Shown here: one piece after another, positions 20,720 to 31,825 of the stretch
Numbering within the stretch: the stretch's first letter is position 1
How the letters are laid out: the number at the start of each line of letters is the position of its first letter
NCBI RefSeq assembly: GCF_004010195.1
Contig: NC_057720.1
Coordinates: 22,354,399 to 22,388,246, forward strand
DNA from: Chiloscyllium plagiosum
Lineage: Eukaryota
Direction of reading: 5' to 3'
Length of the DNA: 33,848 bases
Translations under genes and position numbers: made by a program
The notes under the pieces: model-generated
The model's input: the letters and a program-made list of their open reading frames with translations, nothing else
The model's database searches: none
Told to the model about the DNA's origin: nothing

Positions 20720-21235
20720 CCACAATGTTAATCGCTGGATTGGTAATCATGAGGTCCAGGTTAATTTTCTGGGTTTATTCAATTTGAATAGCTGAGATGA
20801 TGGGAATTTGAACACATAAATTCTTTCTTAAATGAATAGGAAGGGTTTGGAGGGATACAGGCCAGGTGCTGGAAAGTGGGACTAGATTGGGTTGGGATAT
20901 CTGGTCGGCATGGATGAGTTGGACTGAAGGGTCTGTTTCTGTGCTGTACATCTCTATGATTCTAAATGCAGGAATCGAAAGCTGGTCTCAGGAATGGTTA
21001 CCACAAAACTATTATTGATTGTCATGAAAACCCGTCTGATTTACAAATGCCCTTTGGGGGGAGGCAATATGCAGGTTGGCCCACATGTGACACCAGATCC
21101 AGAAGAAGATGGATGACTCTTTGCTTCCCTCTAAAATGGATGAGCAAGCCATCCCATTCAAAGATGCTTCGGGACAGGTGACAAAGGGTGGCCTTGTCTG
21201 TGAAGATCAGGTCCCATAACAAAACGAAAAAAAAA
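20720..21235 (+). mobile_element. Older SINE interrupted by a CR1 tail
   Basis: Decayed tRNA-like head (gctggattggtaatc), body gaaaacccgtctgatttacaaatgccctttggggggagg...cacatgtgacaccagatcc, A-rich end. Confidence 0.55.
20831..20964 (+). mobile_element. CR1 family A 3' end, nested
   Basis: atgaataggaagggtttggagggatac...gctgtacatctctatgattcta; taaatg is repeated at both junctions. Confidence 0.88.
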
Positions 21236-21959
21236 GTCTCACTATGTTTCCATTGGAAACAAGGCCAGGTTTGTAGAACAAGTTTTCCGTTCTGATAGGC
21301 AGTGTGACTCACAGGCTGTCTGGCTATCTGGTGAGATGGCAGATGGATGTAACATAGAACCGGGCAGGGGAAGGGTGTCCAAAAAATTTGGGCAGACATT
21401 TTGGGCTGAAAGAGGTGGTTGTTACTGGAGCAAGATAGTGGCCCAGGGGTGTGAAATAGTGGTTAGAGGAATGAAATGAAATAATGGGTTTGGGGTAGTG
21501 AAATGATGGTCTACTGGATTTCTTTGGTTGTCAGGGAAGAGAGATCCTGGAGGATTTAACTGTAGCTTGTTGGGCATTCCATCTGGCCTAGATGCATTAT
21601 TGTAATTTAAGACTGAATCTTGCGTTTTTTTGTTTTGCGCTTTTTTTGGCTAAGTGAGAGTTGCATTGAGGCTCCTGGATGGATTCCTAATGTAAAACCT
21701 AGGGAGAGTTCTCACAGTAACTCACTAAATATGCATCATTACACACTGCCCCCATGGCATCCACCCCACCTGATGTTATCCCCAGCTTATTATGTGCCAT
21801 TCCCAGAAGAACTCAGCACTCAGTGGATATCTGCCCAAAATGAGACAGCCCTCGAACCCATGTCATTTTTAAAAGGCTGTTGTCTACCCAAACAAACATT
21901 GGCATTCTTAAATTGTCCTGCTCAGTCTAGAGCATTTTCTGCCGATGTCAGAGAGGGGA

Positions 21960-22640
21960 AGGAATTGCATTATGATTGTCTGATAATGACTTGGAGGTCC
22001 TGAATCGGAAACGAGAAGAGTACTCCTTCTGGAGTGTCAGCAGAGGAGGCTGCAACATTAGACCCTGGCAGCACGATCCAAGGGCACCACTGGTTCAATG
22101 CTATCTTGATGGTTCCTGAGGAATACCAGGCAGTGCTGTAACAAGATCAAACAGCTTTCACACTCCACCTGGGTGAGTAATGCAAACATCTCTCTCTGTC
22201 AACTTGCTGCACCCTTCCCCGCCCCAAGTGTGATGATCTACAACTCCCACTGTTGTCTGCAACACCTGCCCTCGATCACTCTTATCCACCCTATCTTCCC
22301 ACACCACTGACCCTGCACAGTCTCTGCGCTGCCTCCTCACTCATCTGGGGCACCTCACCACATTTCAGTTACCTGCATCAGCATCACCAACTCACTCAAT
22401 TCCTCCCTTTTTCTCATTGCAGACAAAAACAGCCCATAAGCGGGCAGAAGAGTCCAGCCGGGTGAAGGGGCTGCTGCATTTGGTGCTGTCACATGGTGCA
22501 TTTGTGAAAATGATGTAGCACACTGTGTACAACAAGATGCCCACCCTCTGGACTGTGGACTGTTGACCAGTGAGATGTCTAGATGTGTGACTGTGCCAAA
22601 TGTTATGGCAAGGCTTGGCATGGATGATGTGATCATGCAA
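21960..22640. mobile_element. Probable fossil PIF/Harbinger DNA transposon (Myb/SANT-like gene on +, possible transposase C-terminus on -)
   Basis: Plus-strand fragments SDNDLEVL...RVLL...NAILMV...RNTRQCCNKIKQL|gtgagt (22173) and ttctcattgcag|(22423)KTAHKRAE. Minus strand ~22500-22590 has LD...QRVGILL...VLHH-like remnants. Many frameshifts. Confidence 0.4.
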
Positions 22641-22691
22641 GTAGGTGCTCAATGACCAAACACTAAGAAAGCAAGCAAACATCCCTGACAG

Positions 22692-22799
22692 GTGTGTGTG
22701 GGTGTATGCATACATGTGTGTGTATGCGTGTGCGCATGTGTCTACATGCGTGTGTGCATATGTGTATGAGCGTGTGCACACGTGTGTGCGCATGTGCAC
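22692..22799. repeat. Imperfect alternating purine-pyrimidine microsatellite, (TG)/(CA)/(CG)/(TA) mix
   Basis: gtgtgtgtgggtgtatgcatacatgtgtgtgtatgcgtgtgcgcatgtg...cgtgtgtgcgcatgtgcac. Confidence 0.95.
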
Positions 22800-22939
22800 C
22801 AGAGAAGCCACTCATTGAGACAGTGCATTATCAATATCAGTTACAAGCATTTGCTGTAAAAAAGGTTTTGGCATGTTGCCTCTGCTTTTTTTGTCAATCT
22901 GTTCAAATCAGTGTCCTCTGGTTCTGAAATTATGAATTA

Positions 22940-24600
22940 GGCTCAGTTGGGTCCCTGGAGCCTACCCTGCCACTCAATAAGATCATGTGCTAATTTATTT
23001 GTGACCTCAACTCCACTTTTCTGCCTAAACCCAATACCTGTTCACGGTCCTATTAGATAGGATTCTATCCAAGCTCCAATCTACTCAAGATTGCCTTCTA
23101 AATCACATGCTGCAGCTGCCTACCAATTTTTTTATGATTCACATATGAGGATACCTTCTGCAATCTCTCTCCACTTAAATAATATGCTGTTTATCAATTC
23201 TTCAAAGTGGACAGATTAAAATTTTAACATATTACATCCCATCTACCACATCTTTATTTACTCACTTATCCTAACTATATCCTTTTGCAGATTTCTTTTG
23301 TCCTCTTCACAATTTTTCATACATAACTTTGCATAATCAGTAAAGTTAACAACTGTACATTCAGTCCCTTCTTTCAAGTTATTGTGGTAGGTTGTAAAAA
23401 GTTGAGGTCAAAGATCTTGTGCACTTCACACGTTATATCTTGTCAATCCAAAGATGACCCACTGCCTAGTCTCTGTTTCCTTTAGCTAACCAATGCTTTA
23501 TTAGCACTAATGTGCTATCCCCTACATCATAAGCCCTTATTTTCTGTAGTGTGCCTTTTGGAAATCCACGTACGCATTATCTACAGGATCCTTTACTCCA
23601 GTTTGCTTGCTACTTCTTGAAAGACCTTGAATGAATTAGTCAAACATGATGCTCTTTACAAAAAAACTATGTTGACCCTTCTTAATTGCATTGAGCATCT
23701 CCAAGCATCTTCCTTTCCTAATGCCAGATGTTAGATTATCTGGTCTCCCTCCTTTTTTTAAAGAGAGGAGTTACATTCCCTACACTACAAACTGATGTGA
23801 TGCTTTTCAGAATCTAAAGAATTTTAGAAAATTTAAGCTTATGTATTTATTTCTTAGCAGCCACCTCCTTGAAAGTCCTTGAACTAAATCTTTCAGGGCC
23901 TGGTAGCTTTTAGTGCTAATAATTTTGTCTTTGAGCTTTCCCTGGCAGTTCGGTTTCTTTTATGTTGCTCCCTTCCTTTAACCTCTTGATTTATAATTAT
24001 TTCTGGTGTGTTATTTGTGTCCTCCTCAGTGAAGATCATAAGGCCTTAAGAAATAAAAACAAAAGTAAGCCGTTTGGCCCCTTGACCCTATTCTGCTATT
24101 CAATAGGATCAAGGCTGAAAGTGGGTATGAGCATCTGAAGTGCTCATACCCACTTTCCTGCATTTTCCTTGTAATCCTTGATTCCTCTATCTGTCTCAGC
24201 TTTAAATATGCACAAGGACTCTGCTCCTTCAGCTCTCTGTGGCAAGAAGCTCCAAACACCCTCAACCCCCCTGAGAGAAGATGTGCCTCTTTATCCTAGC
24301 TTTAAATTGGTGTCACTTAATTCTGAGACTATGCCTCTAGTCTCAGACTCTCCCATGAGGGGAAACATTCTCTCAGCATTTACCCAGTCAAATCCTTAAG
24401 AATGCAATATGTTTAAATGAGATTATCTTCCATCCTTCTCAACTCCAGTGAGTAGAGTCCTAACCTATTTAGTCTTTTGCTTGTATGACAATCCCTCCAC
24501 ACTGGGGATCATTCTTATGAATGAAATAATATATTTTCTTAAATAAGGGGAAAGATGCAAAATATGTGTTCAATCCATTCATTTAATTTTCCATTATGAT
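22940..24600 (-). mobile_element. Old CR1 LINE fragments, with a younger CR1 3' end at ~24035-24555
   Basis: ctttgcataatcagtaaagtt (K/NFxDxAK remnant), tgccttttggaaatccacgtac (YVDFQKA); 3' end gatcataaggccttaagaaataaaaac...ggccccttgaccc. Confidence 0.75.
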
Positions 24601-25099
24601 TACTGACTGGTTTGGACTAGAATTAACTTTTCCATATGTACCCTATCACAAGTTGTGACTTTGAAAGTTTCCATCGCATCTCCTCTCACAACCTCTGCTC
24701 TGAGGTGAATATCTTCACATAACTCAGTCCGTATTCCTCATCATCATTATACACTTCTGCACCCTCTTTATTTTGGCAGCCCTCCTGAAGTGTGGCTCCC
24801 AGAACTGAACATAATACTCCACTCAAGGCTAACTAGCGTTAATGTTGATTCATTTTATAAACTACAAGCTTTGTAAATTTCTAGATAACGGGCAGCACAG
24901 TGTCTCAGTTGACGATAATGCTCTTACTGACCTAAGCAGAATATAAAGAATAAAATGCATTTATCATGACCAAATTTAATATAAACAATGATGATTGTTT
25001 GACACCTTTTCGTGTTCTCAACTTTTAGAATAACTATAAACATCATGATGGCTGCACAGGCAAATTGCAGGTTGACTAATTACTCTGATGTTACCTTAC

Positions 25100-25315
25100 C
25101 TTATCAAGAGAGAATGTTTTTGTTAAGGCAAACGCCCAACCTGCATCAAACGCTCGTCGAATCATTGCTGTGTTGGTCGCTGGAGGTGCACTGGCCAAGC
25201 CAAATGGATTCAGAAATTTCAACCCAGCTACTTCCACGCTGATATCCACAAGATCGATAGGTGTGTAAAAAAGGGGGAGCTCAGGTTTCTCAGATATATG
25301 ACAACCATATAAAAA
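25100..25315 (-). CDS. DPYD: Internal coding exon of dihydropyrimidine dehydrogenase [NADP+], equivalent to human DPYD exon 13 (start of the FMN/pyrimidine-binding barrel)
   Basis: The reverse complement reads tttttttttcaatttacag|TTTTTATATGGT...CTTGATAAG|gtaagg: 216 nt, phase 0/0, no stops. It translates to [72 protein letters not shown]. This matches human DPYD residues ~509-580 as I recall them ([72 protein letters not shown]), with the same exon length. Confidence 0.97.
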
Positions 25316-25439
25316 CTGTAAATTGAAAAAAAAAGCAAAAAATCAGAGTTAAAAAGAGCAGTTTTTTAAGAGTTAACAAATTATGAATTTGAAGTAATAT
25401 TAAATTTATTAACAGCTTTTGTGTACTCTATTTCAAAAT

Positions 25440-25965
25440 TTGATTTGATTTATTAGTGTCACATGTATCTAGGTACAGTGAAAAGTTTTGTTTTACATGC
25501 AGTACAGGCAGATCATACCATACAAAGGGCATTAGGGTAATAGAACAGAGTGAGGAATACAACGTTATGGCTGCAGAGAAGGTGCACAGAGAGCAAGATC
25601 AACATTAAAGTTTAAATTTGAGAGTTCCATTCAGAAGTCTAATAATGGTGGGAAAAAAGCTGTTTTTGGAACTAATCATATGAGTATTCAAAATTTAATT
25701 GCTTCTGCCTAACAGAAGATGGGGAAGAGAGTATAACCAAGATGGGGAGGGGTCTTTGATTATGTTGGTTGCTTCCCCGAGGCAGTGGGAAGTATAGGCG
25801 GAGTCAATGGATGGTTTGCGTGATGGACAGGGCTATGTTCACTTCTCTCTGTAGTTTCTTGGAGTCTTGGGACTAGCAGTTGCCATACCACACCATGATG
25901 CATCCGGATTGGATGCTTTCTATGATACATCTATAAAAATTGGTAAGAGCCCTTGTGGACTTGCT
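25440..25965 (-). mobile_element. Rex1/Babar-clade LINE 3' fragment
   Basis: Minus frame LTNFYRCIIESIQSGCIMVWYGNC*SQDSKKLQREV (Rex1 C-terminal signature); tail aataaatcaaatcaaa. Confidence 0.8.
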
Positions 25966-28041
25966 CAAATTAAATGGATCACAATGAATGGGACTAAAAT
26001 TTAAATGGGACTTTACTTTAGAAAAAGAACTGACATGGATGAATACAAATAATTAAGATCTTTTTCAATCTACCACAAAGATAAATTACAGTACACCATC
26101 ACAGGTACAATGTTCGATGTCCGTTTCACAATTTTCAATTCAACATCTAACTGAATTGGGCTATATTGTGTCAACGTTTAAACATTCATTAATCCACTAT
26201 CTTATGCCCAGACCTAAGTAATTCCAGCATTTGGAACTTCTAATCTCCGTAAATAATTAAATAATCTCAGCATTATGTAATTGTTACAATGCTCTTAGTG
26301 CCTGGTAATTATTTAAAATTGTGTGATTTAACATTCCTGTACTTTCATTATAAATACCTAAAATTAAAATAAGCATACATATTGAAATGCAAGGAGAACC
26401 TCAATGATAGTGGCTTTCAAAATAATTAGACAATTATCTGAAGAGAAAATATCTACAGGACTTCAGGGGTAAGGTAGGGGAATGGGAATGGGTGAACTGA
26501 TCTCGCAGAACATCACCGCATACACTATAGGCCCCATGCTGACTTCTGTGCTCTCCAATACAGCTGGAATTAAGGGCAGAAGTGTATCAGATGTTAAATT
26601 TTTTAAGACATCTGCAGAGCTATGACAGAGGAAAGAAATGTCAACCATTGCCACCAGTGATAAATATTAAAGAGTGCTCACACTACTGCCAACCCCTAAC
26701 TAAAGCCCCCTTCTCCAGAACCCAACTCACAATTTCAGCAATTACATGGATGAATATTTCACATTTTAATTTTCATATCTATATAATAGTTTAAAAAAAC
26801 ATAACTTCCATTTTAATATAATCTTGCACAAATGTGGCTTCTACTATTCCAGTAGAAAATAGTTTATTTTTAGTGTTAAAGATTTTACATGGCTTGACCC
26901 ATTTAGTCTGCTTATTTTTTTTAAAAAAGATGTTTTTTAATTAAGATTATAAAATTTGGCTACTAACATCTAGTAAATCACTGAAAATGTTTTCTTAAGG
27001 ACCATTCTTATTCCTGCTTTACAAACTGAAATTTCTAGATTCCAAAATGAATAATTAAACAAAGTAACCATTCAGCAACAGCAGATTGCAGGAAAGCATT
27101 ATTTCTTTCACTATATTATTTTATATCTTTTAATACTTTCGTGTCAGTTTTTGCTTTGAGGAACACAGACCTTACCAACAGGCTGGAATTATAATATGTA
27201 TATTTTGGCAGGATGAGCCGAACCTTGTTTACGCAGTCTAAAGATGTTCTCCTAATTTAATAGGACGTATTACAAACTCAAAAGTGTAATGCGATAACTT
27301 CTCATTACTGCTCCTCTTATTTGTTTTCAACCATTTCAGAAACAGTATTTTAAGCCTTTTGCATGTTGTTACTGTAAAGAATTAACACTAACAGGTTTTC
27401 TGTTGAGTTTAAATCAAGGAAAACAACAAACTTTTGTTTACATAGTACCCAAAATGAGAAAGCAAGTAACACTCACTTCCTCAAACACACATTCTAGAAT
27501 TTTGCCAATAGCTTGCCATTCTTGTCTTTGCAACCAGTACAGTATGCCACTTCCAATTTGTGCCTTTTACATTTACCCGTACAATTATAACTAAAATTCT
27601 AAGTGCCAGCAGAGTGTGTGCAAAACACATTTAATTTAGTGGCTAGGAAAGCTGTCCATTTGTGAAATCTGCCATCAGTTGAAAGTGTTGTAACTCTGTG
27701 CAGCTTGTTAAAGAGTCTCCTGGTCAAACATGGGGTCTCTGCAGCGTGACCACAAATTTTGTAACCCAACTCCGCTGCTGTTAACATAAGACTTGAAAGA
27801 ATTAAAGTGGCACGTGTGTTTTTCAAAAGTAAACTTCACAACGGTTCTCTCTGACTTCGGAGGTCTGTGCAGTCGCAAGACAATATATAGAAAACTTTAT
27901 TTCTAAAGATTTCACAGCATCACAGGTTTCGATGCACATGTGCATCATCATTTCCTGTTGAGACTAGCTTGATCAGAGCGCTAGACATATTGGCAAAATT
28001 GGCATTTATTGATTGTCGTAGGGGAATTAGAGAAATTTCAC

Positions 28042-30265
28042 AGAATGGAATCATAAAGTCCTTTCAGTGTGGAAAGAGGCAATTTGGCTCAATGAGTCAT
28101 AAAGAGGAAGTGATAAGGTAAGGGAACCATGGTTTACTACAGAAATTGCATCTCTTGTTAAGCGGAAGAAGGAGGCTTATGTGTTGATGAGATAAGATGG
28201 TTCAGATGTGGCAAATCAGTTGAGTTACAGATCAGCTAGGAAGGATTTAAAGAGAGAGTTAAAAAGAGCAAAGAGAGGACATGAGCAGTCTTTAGCAGAT
28301 AGAATAATGGAGAACCTGAAAGCTTTCTGTAGGTATGTGAGGAATAAAAGGATGACGAGGGTAGGAATAGGGCCAGTCAAAGACAGAAGTGGGAAGTTGA
28401 GTATGGACCCTGTAGAGATCAGAAAGGTGCTAAACGAACATTTCTCATCGGTTTTCGCTCAGGAAAAGGAAAATATTGTAGACGAGAAGAACGAGATATT
28501 AGACTAGAAAGGATCAAGGTTAGTTACAAAGAGATGTTATCAATTCTTGAAGGAGTGAAAGTAGACAAGTCCCCTGGGCCGGATGGGATTCATCCAAGGA
28601 TTCTCTGGGAAGCCAGAGAGGAGATAGCAGAACCTTTGGTTTTGATTTTTAGTCATCATTGTCTACAGGTTTAGTACCAGAGGACTGGAAGATTGCAAAT
28701 GTTGTACCCTTGTTCAAGAAGGGCAGTAGAGATGATCCAGGTAATTATAGACCAGTGAGCCATACTTTTGTTGTAGGAAAGGTTTTGGAAAGGATTATAA
28801 GAGATAGGATTTATAATCATCTAGCAAGCAACAATTTGATTTCAGATAGCCAACATGGTTTCGTCAAGGGCAGGTCGTGTCTTACAAACCTCACTGAGTT
28901 TTTTGAGAAGTTGACCAAGCATACAGATGAAGGTAGGGCAATTGATGTAGTGTACATGGACTTCAGTAAAGCCTTTGATAAGGTTCCACATGGTAGGCTG
29001 TTTGAAAAAATGCAGAGGCATGGGATTGAGGGTGATTTAGCAGTTTGGATTAGAAACTGGCTTTCTGAAAGAAGGCAGTGAGTGGTGGTTGATGGAAAAT
29101 ATTCAGCCTGGAGTCTGGTTACAAGTGGTGTGCCATAAGGATCTGTTTTGGGACCACTGCTGCTTGTCATTTTTATAAATGACTTAGATACAGGCATAGG
29201 TGGAAGGGTTAGCAAATTTGCATATCACACTAAAATTGGTGGAGTAGTGGACAGTGTGGAAGAATGTTACAGATTGCAAGGGGACTTGGATAAACTACAG
29301 AATTGGGCTGAGAAGTGGCAAATGGAGTTCAATGCAACTAAATGTGAGGGGATTCACTTTGGGAAGAATAACAGGAAGGCAGAATACTGGGTCAATGGAA
29401 AGATTCTTGGTAGTGTGGATGTGTAGAAGGATCTTGGAGTCCATGTATGTAGATCCCTGAAAGTTGCCACCCAGGTTGATAGTGCTGTTAAGAAGGCACA
29501 CAGTGTGTTAGGTTTCATTGATAGAGGGATTGAGTTCCTCTATTGTCATGCTGTAACAATACAAAACACTCGTGCGGTGCACTTGGAATATTGTGTACAG
29601 TTCTGGTCGCCGTATTACAGGAAGGATATGAAAGCGTTGGAAAAGTGCAGAGGAGGTTTACTCGGATGTTCCCTGGTCTAGAGGGAAGGTCTTATGAGGA
29701 AAGGCTGAGAGACTTGGGTCTGTTCTCATTGAAAAGAAGAAGGCTAAGACAGGATTTGATAGAGACATACAAGATGATCATACGTTTAGTAGACAGTGAA
29801 AGTCTTTTTCCTAGGATGATGACGTCAGCTTGTACGAAGGGGCATAACTACAAATTGAGGGGTGATAGATTTAAGACAGATGTCAGAGGCAGGTTCTTTA
29901 CTCAGAGTGGTAAGGGCGTGGAATGCCCTACCTATCAATATAGTTAACTCAGACATATTAGGGAGATTTAAACGATCCTTGGATAAGTACATGGATGATG
30001 ATGGGATAGTGTAGGGGGATGAGCTTAGAATAATTCACAGGTCGGCGCAAGATTGAGGGCCAAAGGGCCTGTTCTGCACTGTACTGTTCTATGTTCTATG
30101 AGTCTGTACCAGCCCTCCAAGGAGCATCTCACACAAACCTAGCTCCATCATTCTATCTTCATAACCTCAAATTTACACGGCTAATACACCGAGCCTACAT
30201 ATCCCTGAATGCTATTAGACAATTTACCTTGGCCCATCCATCAAATATGTCTGTCTTTGGACTTC
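28042..30265 (-). mobile_element. V-SINE 3' part, split into 28042-28098 and 30098-30265 by the CR1 insertion
   Basis: aatcataaagtcctttcagtgtggaaagaggcaatttggctcaatgagtc continues as atgagtctgtaccagccctccaag...caatttaccttggcccatcca...tctttggact, the reverse complement of the V-SINE body. Confidence 0.65.
28099..30100 (+). mobile_element. About 2-kb 5'-truncated CR1 LINE (family C), complete RT domain, inactivated
   Basis: KSPGPDGIHPR, VPEDWKIANVVPLFKKG, NYRPVS, QHGFVKGRSCLTNL, YMDFSKAFDKVPH; stops and frameshifts (VP*GSVLGP, FAYHTK); tail gttctatgttctatg; flanking atgagtc repeat. Confidence 0.96.
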
Positions 30266-31118
30266 CTTCATTGTGGAAGAAACACTGCTGTGTTTTTGTG
30301 CTGTTTTTTTTATTGAATGTTCTTAGTGTAGTCTTGTTTTTTTTCACTTCGTGGGTCATGGCTGTGTTGCCGGTAAGAATTGTTCACGAGACCAGATTCT
30401 TCTCAAATCACACCTCCAGGCTGCTGACCACTCCCCCCCCAACCCTCTGTTCTCTACGTGCCTCCCTCTCGCCAATCCTCCACACTCAGACCATGATACA
30501 CAAATCCTCTCACTGCTCACCTTTACAAGTCCTGAGCCTCTTGAGTGGACTGAGAGTCCACTGGCTTGTGCAGTACAGTTAGAAATGGAAAACCAGAGTC
30601 ATTACACTCAACAGTCTGAATCAGAAAGGTATATATTGCCTTTAGGAAATTATGAAATGGGCCACACAAGATTCTCAAGCACCAATCACTTTATCTCAAA
30701 TAGAATCTTTTTTGAAAACTATTTCACATTAGTGAGTATTCATAACTTTATCGCTGCATCTCAATATGCCAATGAAATATCAAAATTCTGCATCCCACTT
30801 CAATAAGTGATGCATATACCATGAGTCCTGATCTTATGGATTCAATTAAAATCCTTCCACAGGTGCAAGCACACAAGAAAAATAAATTCTAAGGATTGCA
30901 CATTCACTTAAGATTATTAACTGAATAACAAGCAACAAATCACTTGTCCTGGATCAGTCTTTTATGACAAACTCACTGCAGATCTGAAGAATTTCTTTAT
31001 CTTGGCAATTTGAAGTTAATTGGAGACTGGAAGTTTCAAAGTTCTATTTCTGTAGAGAAGAAATCATAGTCATGAAAAAAAACGAGCCATTGTCCTGAGT
31101 TGATTGTCTGTTAGGCAG

Positions 31119-31160
31119 GATTTTATGTGGCAGCACTGATGATTTTATGTGGCAGCACTG
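31119..31160. repeat. Direct duplication of a 20-mer, period 22
   Basis: gattttatgtggcagcactg at 31119-31138 and 31141-31160. Confidence 0.9.
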
Positions 31161-31385
31161 GCTGGACCAGCATTTGTTACCTATCCTTGATTGAGAAGGT
31201 AGTGGTGAGCTGCCTTCTTGATCTACTGCAGTCCATGGGGTATAGGTTTACCCAGTCTGTTATTGGGAAGACAGTTCCAGGAGTTCTACTGACAGGGAAG
31301 GAACAACAATTTGGTTCAAGTGAGGATGCTGTGTATCTTGGAGGGGGAAGCTCCCAGCCAGATTCATTCTGCCCTGTCCTTAGAA
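31150..31385 (-). mobile_element. LINE 3' end (same family as 12200-12410)
   Basis: ccagcatttgttacctatccttgattgagaaggtagtggtgagctgccttcttgatctactgcagtcc. Confidence 0.6.
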
Positions 31386-31825
31386 TAATAAGATTTGTTC
31401 ATTCAAGCCACTTTTGATCTTGTAACCTGTAATCCTGTCATGATTTGTGACCGTTCAAACCTGGTTGTGATAGAAAGAGCTTCTCAAATCATCTCTTGGT
31501 TAGATTTTGGGTTTTCAGACATCTAGTTTAGGGTGCCCACCGTATTTGAGTTTTAGTAAATATGTAGCTGTAATAGGAGCTATAATTTTCACAAATGATC
31601 TTCCACAATGAATGTCATTTCAAAGGACAATCCTCTACATGGATATTTATACTTTTATAACATTTTGGAGACATACTTTAGCTCTTGTCTATGCAGAAAC
31701 TACTAAAGATTGTAAAGTAATCTAATCTAATCTAATTGCCTCATGGTTGGATTCCAACTTGGCTCAAAGTGGATTGGTCATATATTCTGTTTTCTCTTCA
31801 CAGATGCTGCCGACCTGTTGAGCTT

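Larger units (their letters stand above)
1..25099 (-). other. DPYD: DPYD intron downstream of the exon (intron 13 equivalent), continuing beyond the left edge
   Basis: GT donor at 25099-25098. I found no exon-14-like sequence (DIVTNVSPRIIRGTTSGP...) in 1-25099 by eye. Confidence 0.8.

Noticed and set aside
22392..22927. His/Thr-rich and Cys/Val-rich ORFs
   Set aside because: These are translation artefacts of the RY microsatellite.
31119..31160. CRISPR-like or functional repeat array (also 3393-3435)
   Set aside because: Only two or three adjacent copies with no spacers, in eukaryotic DNA; simple local duplication.
31718..31736. (TAATC)n run as a regulatory element
   Set aside because: A short simple repeat of the kind found at SINE/LINE tails; nothing else supports a function.
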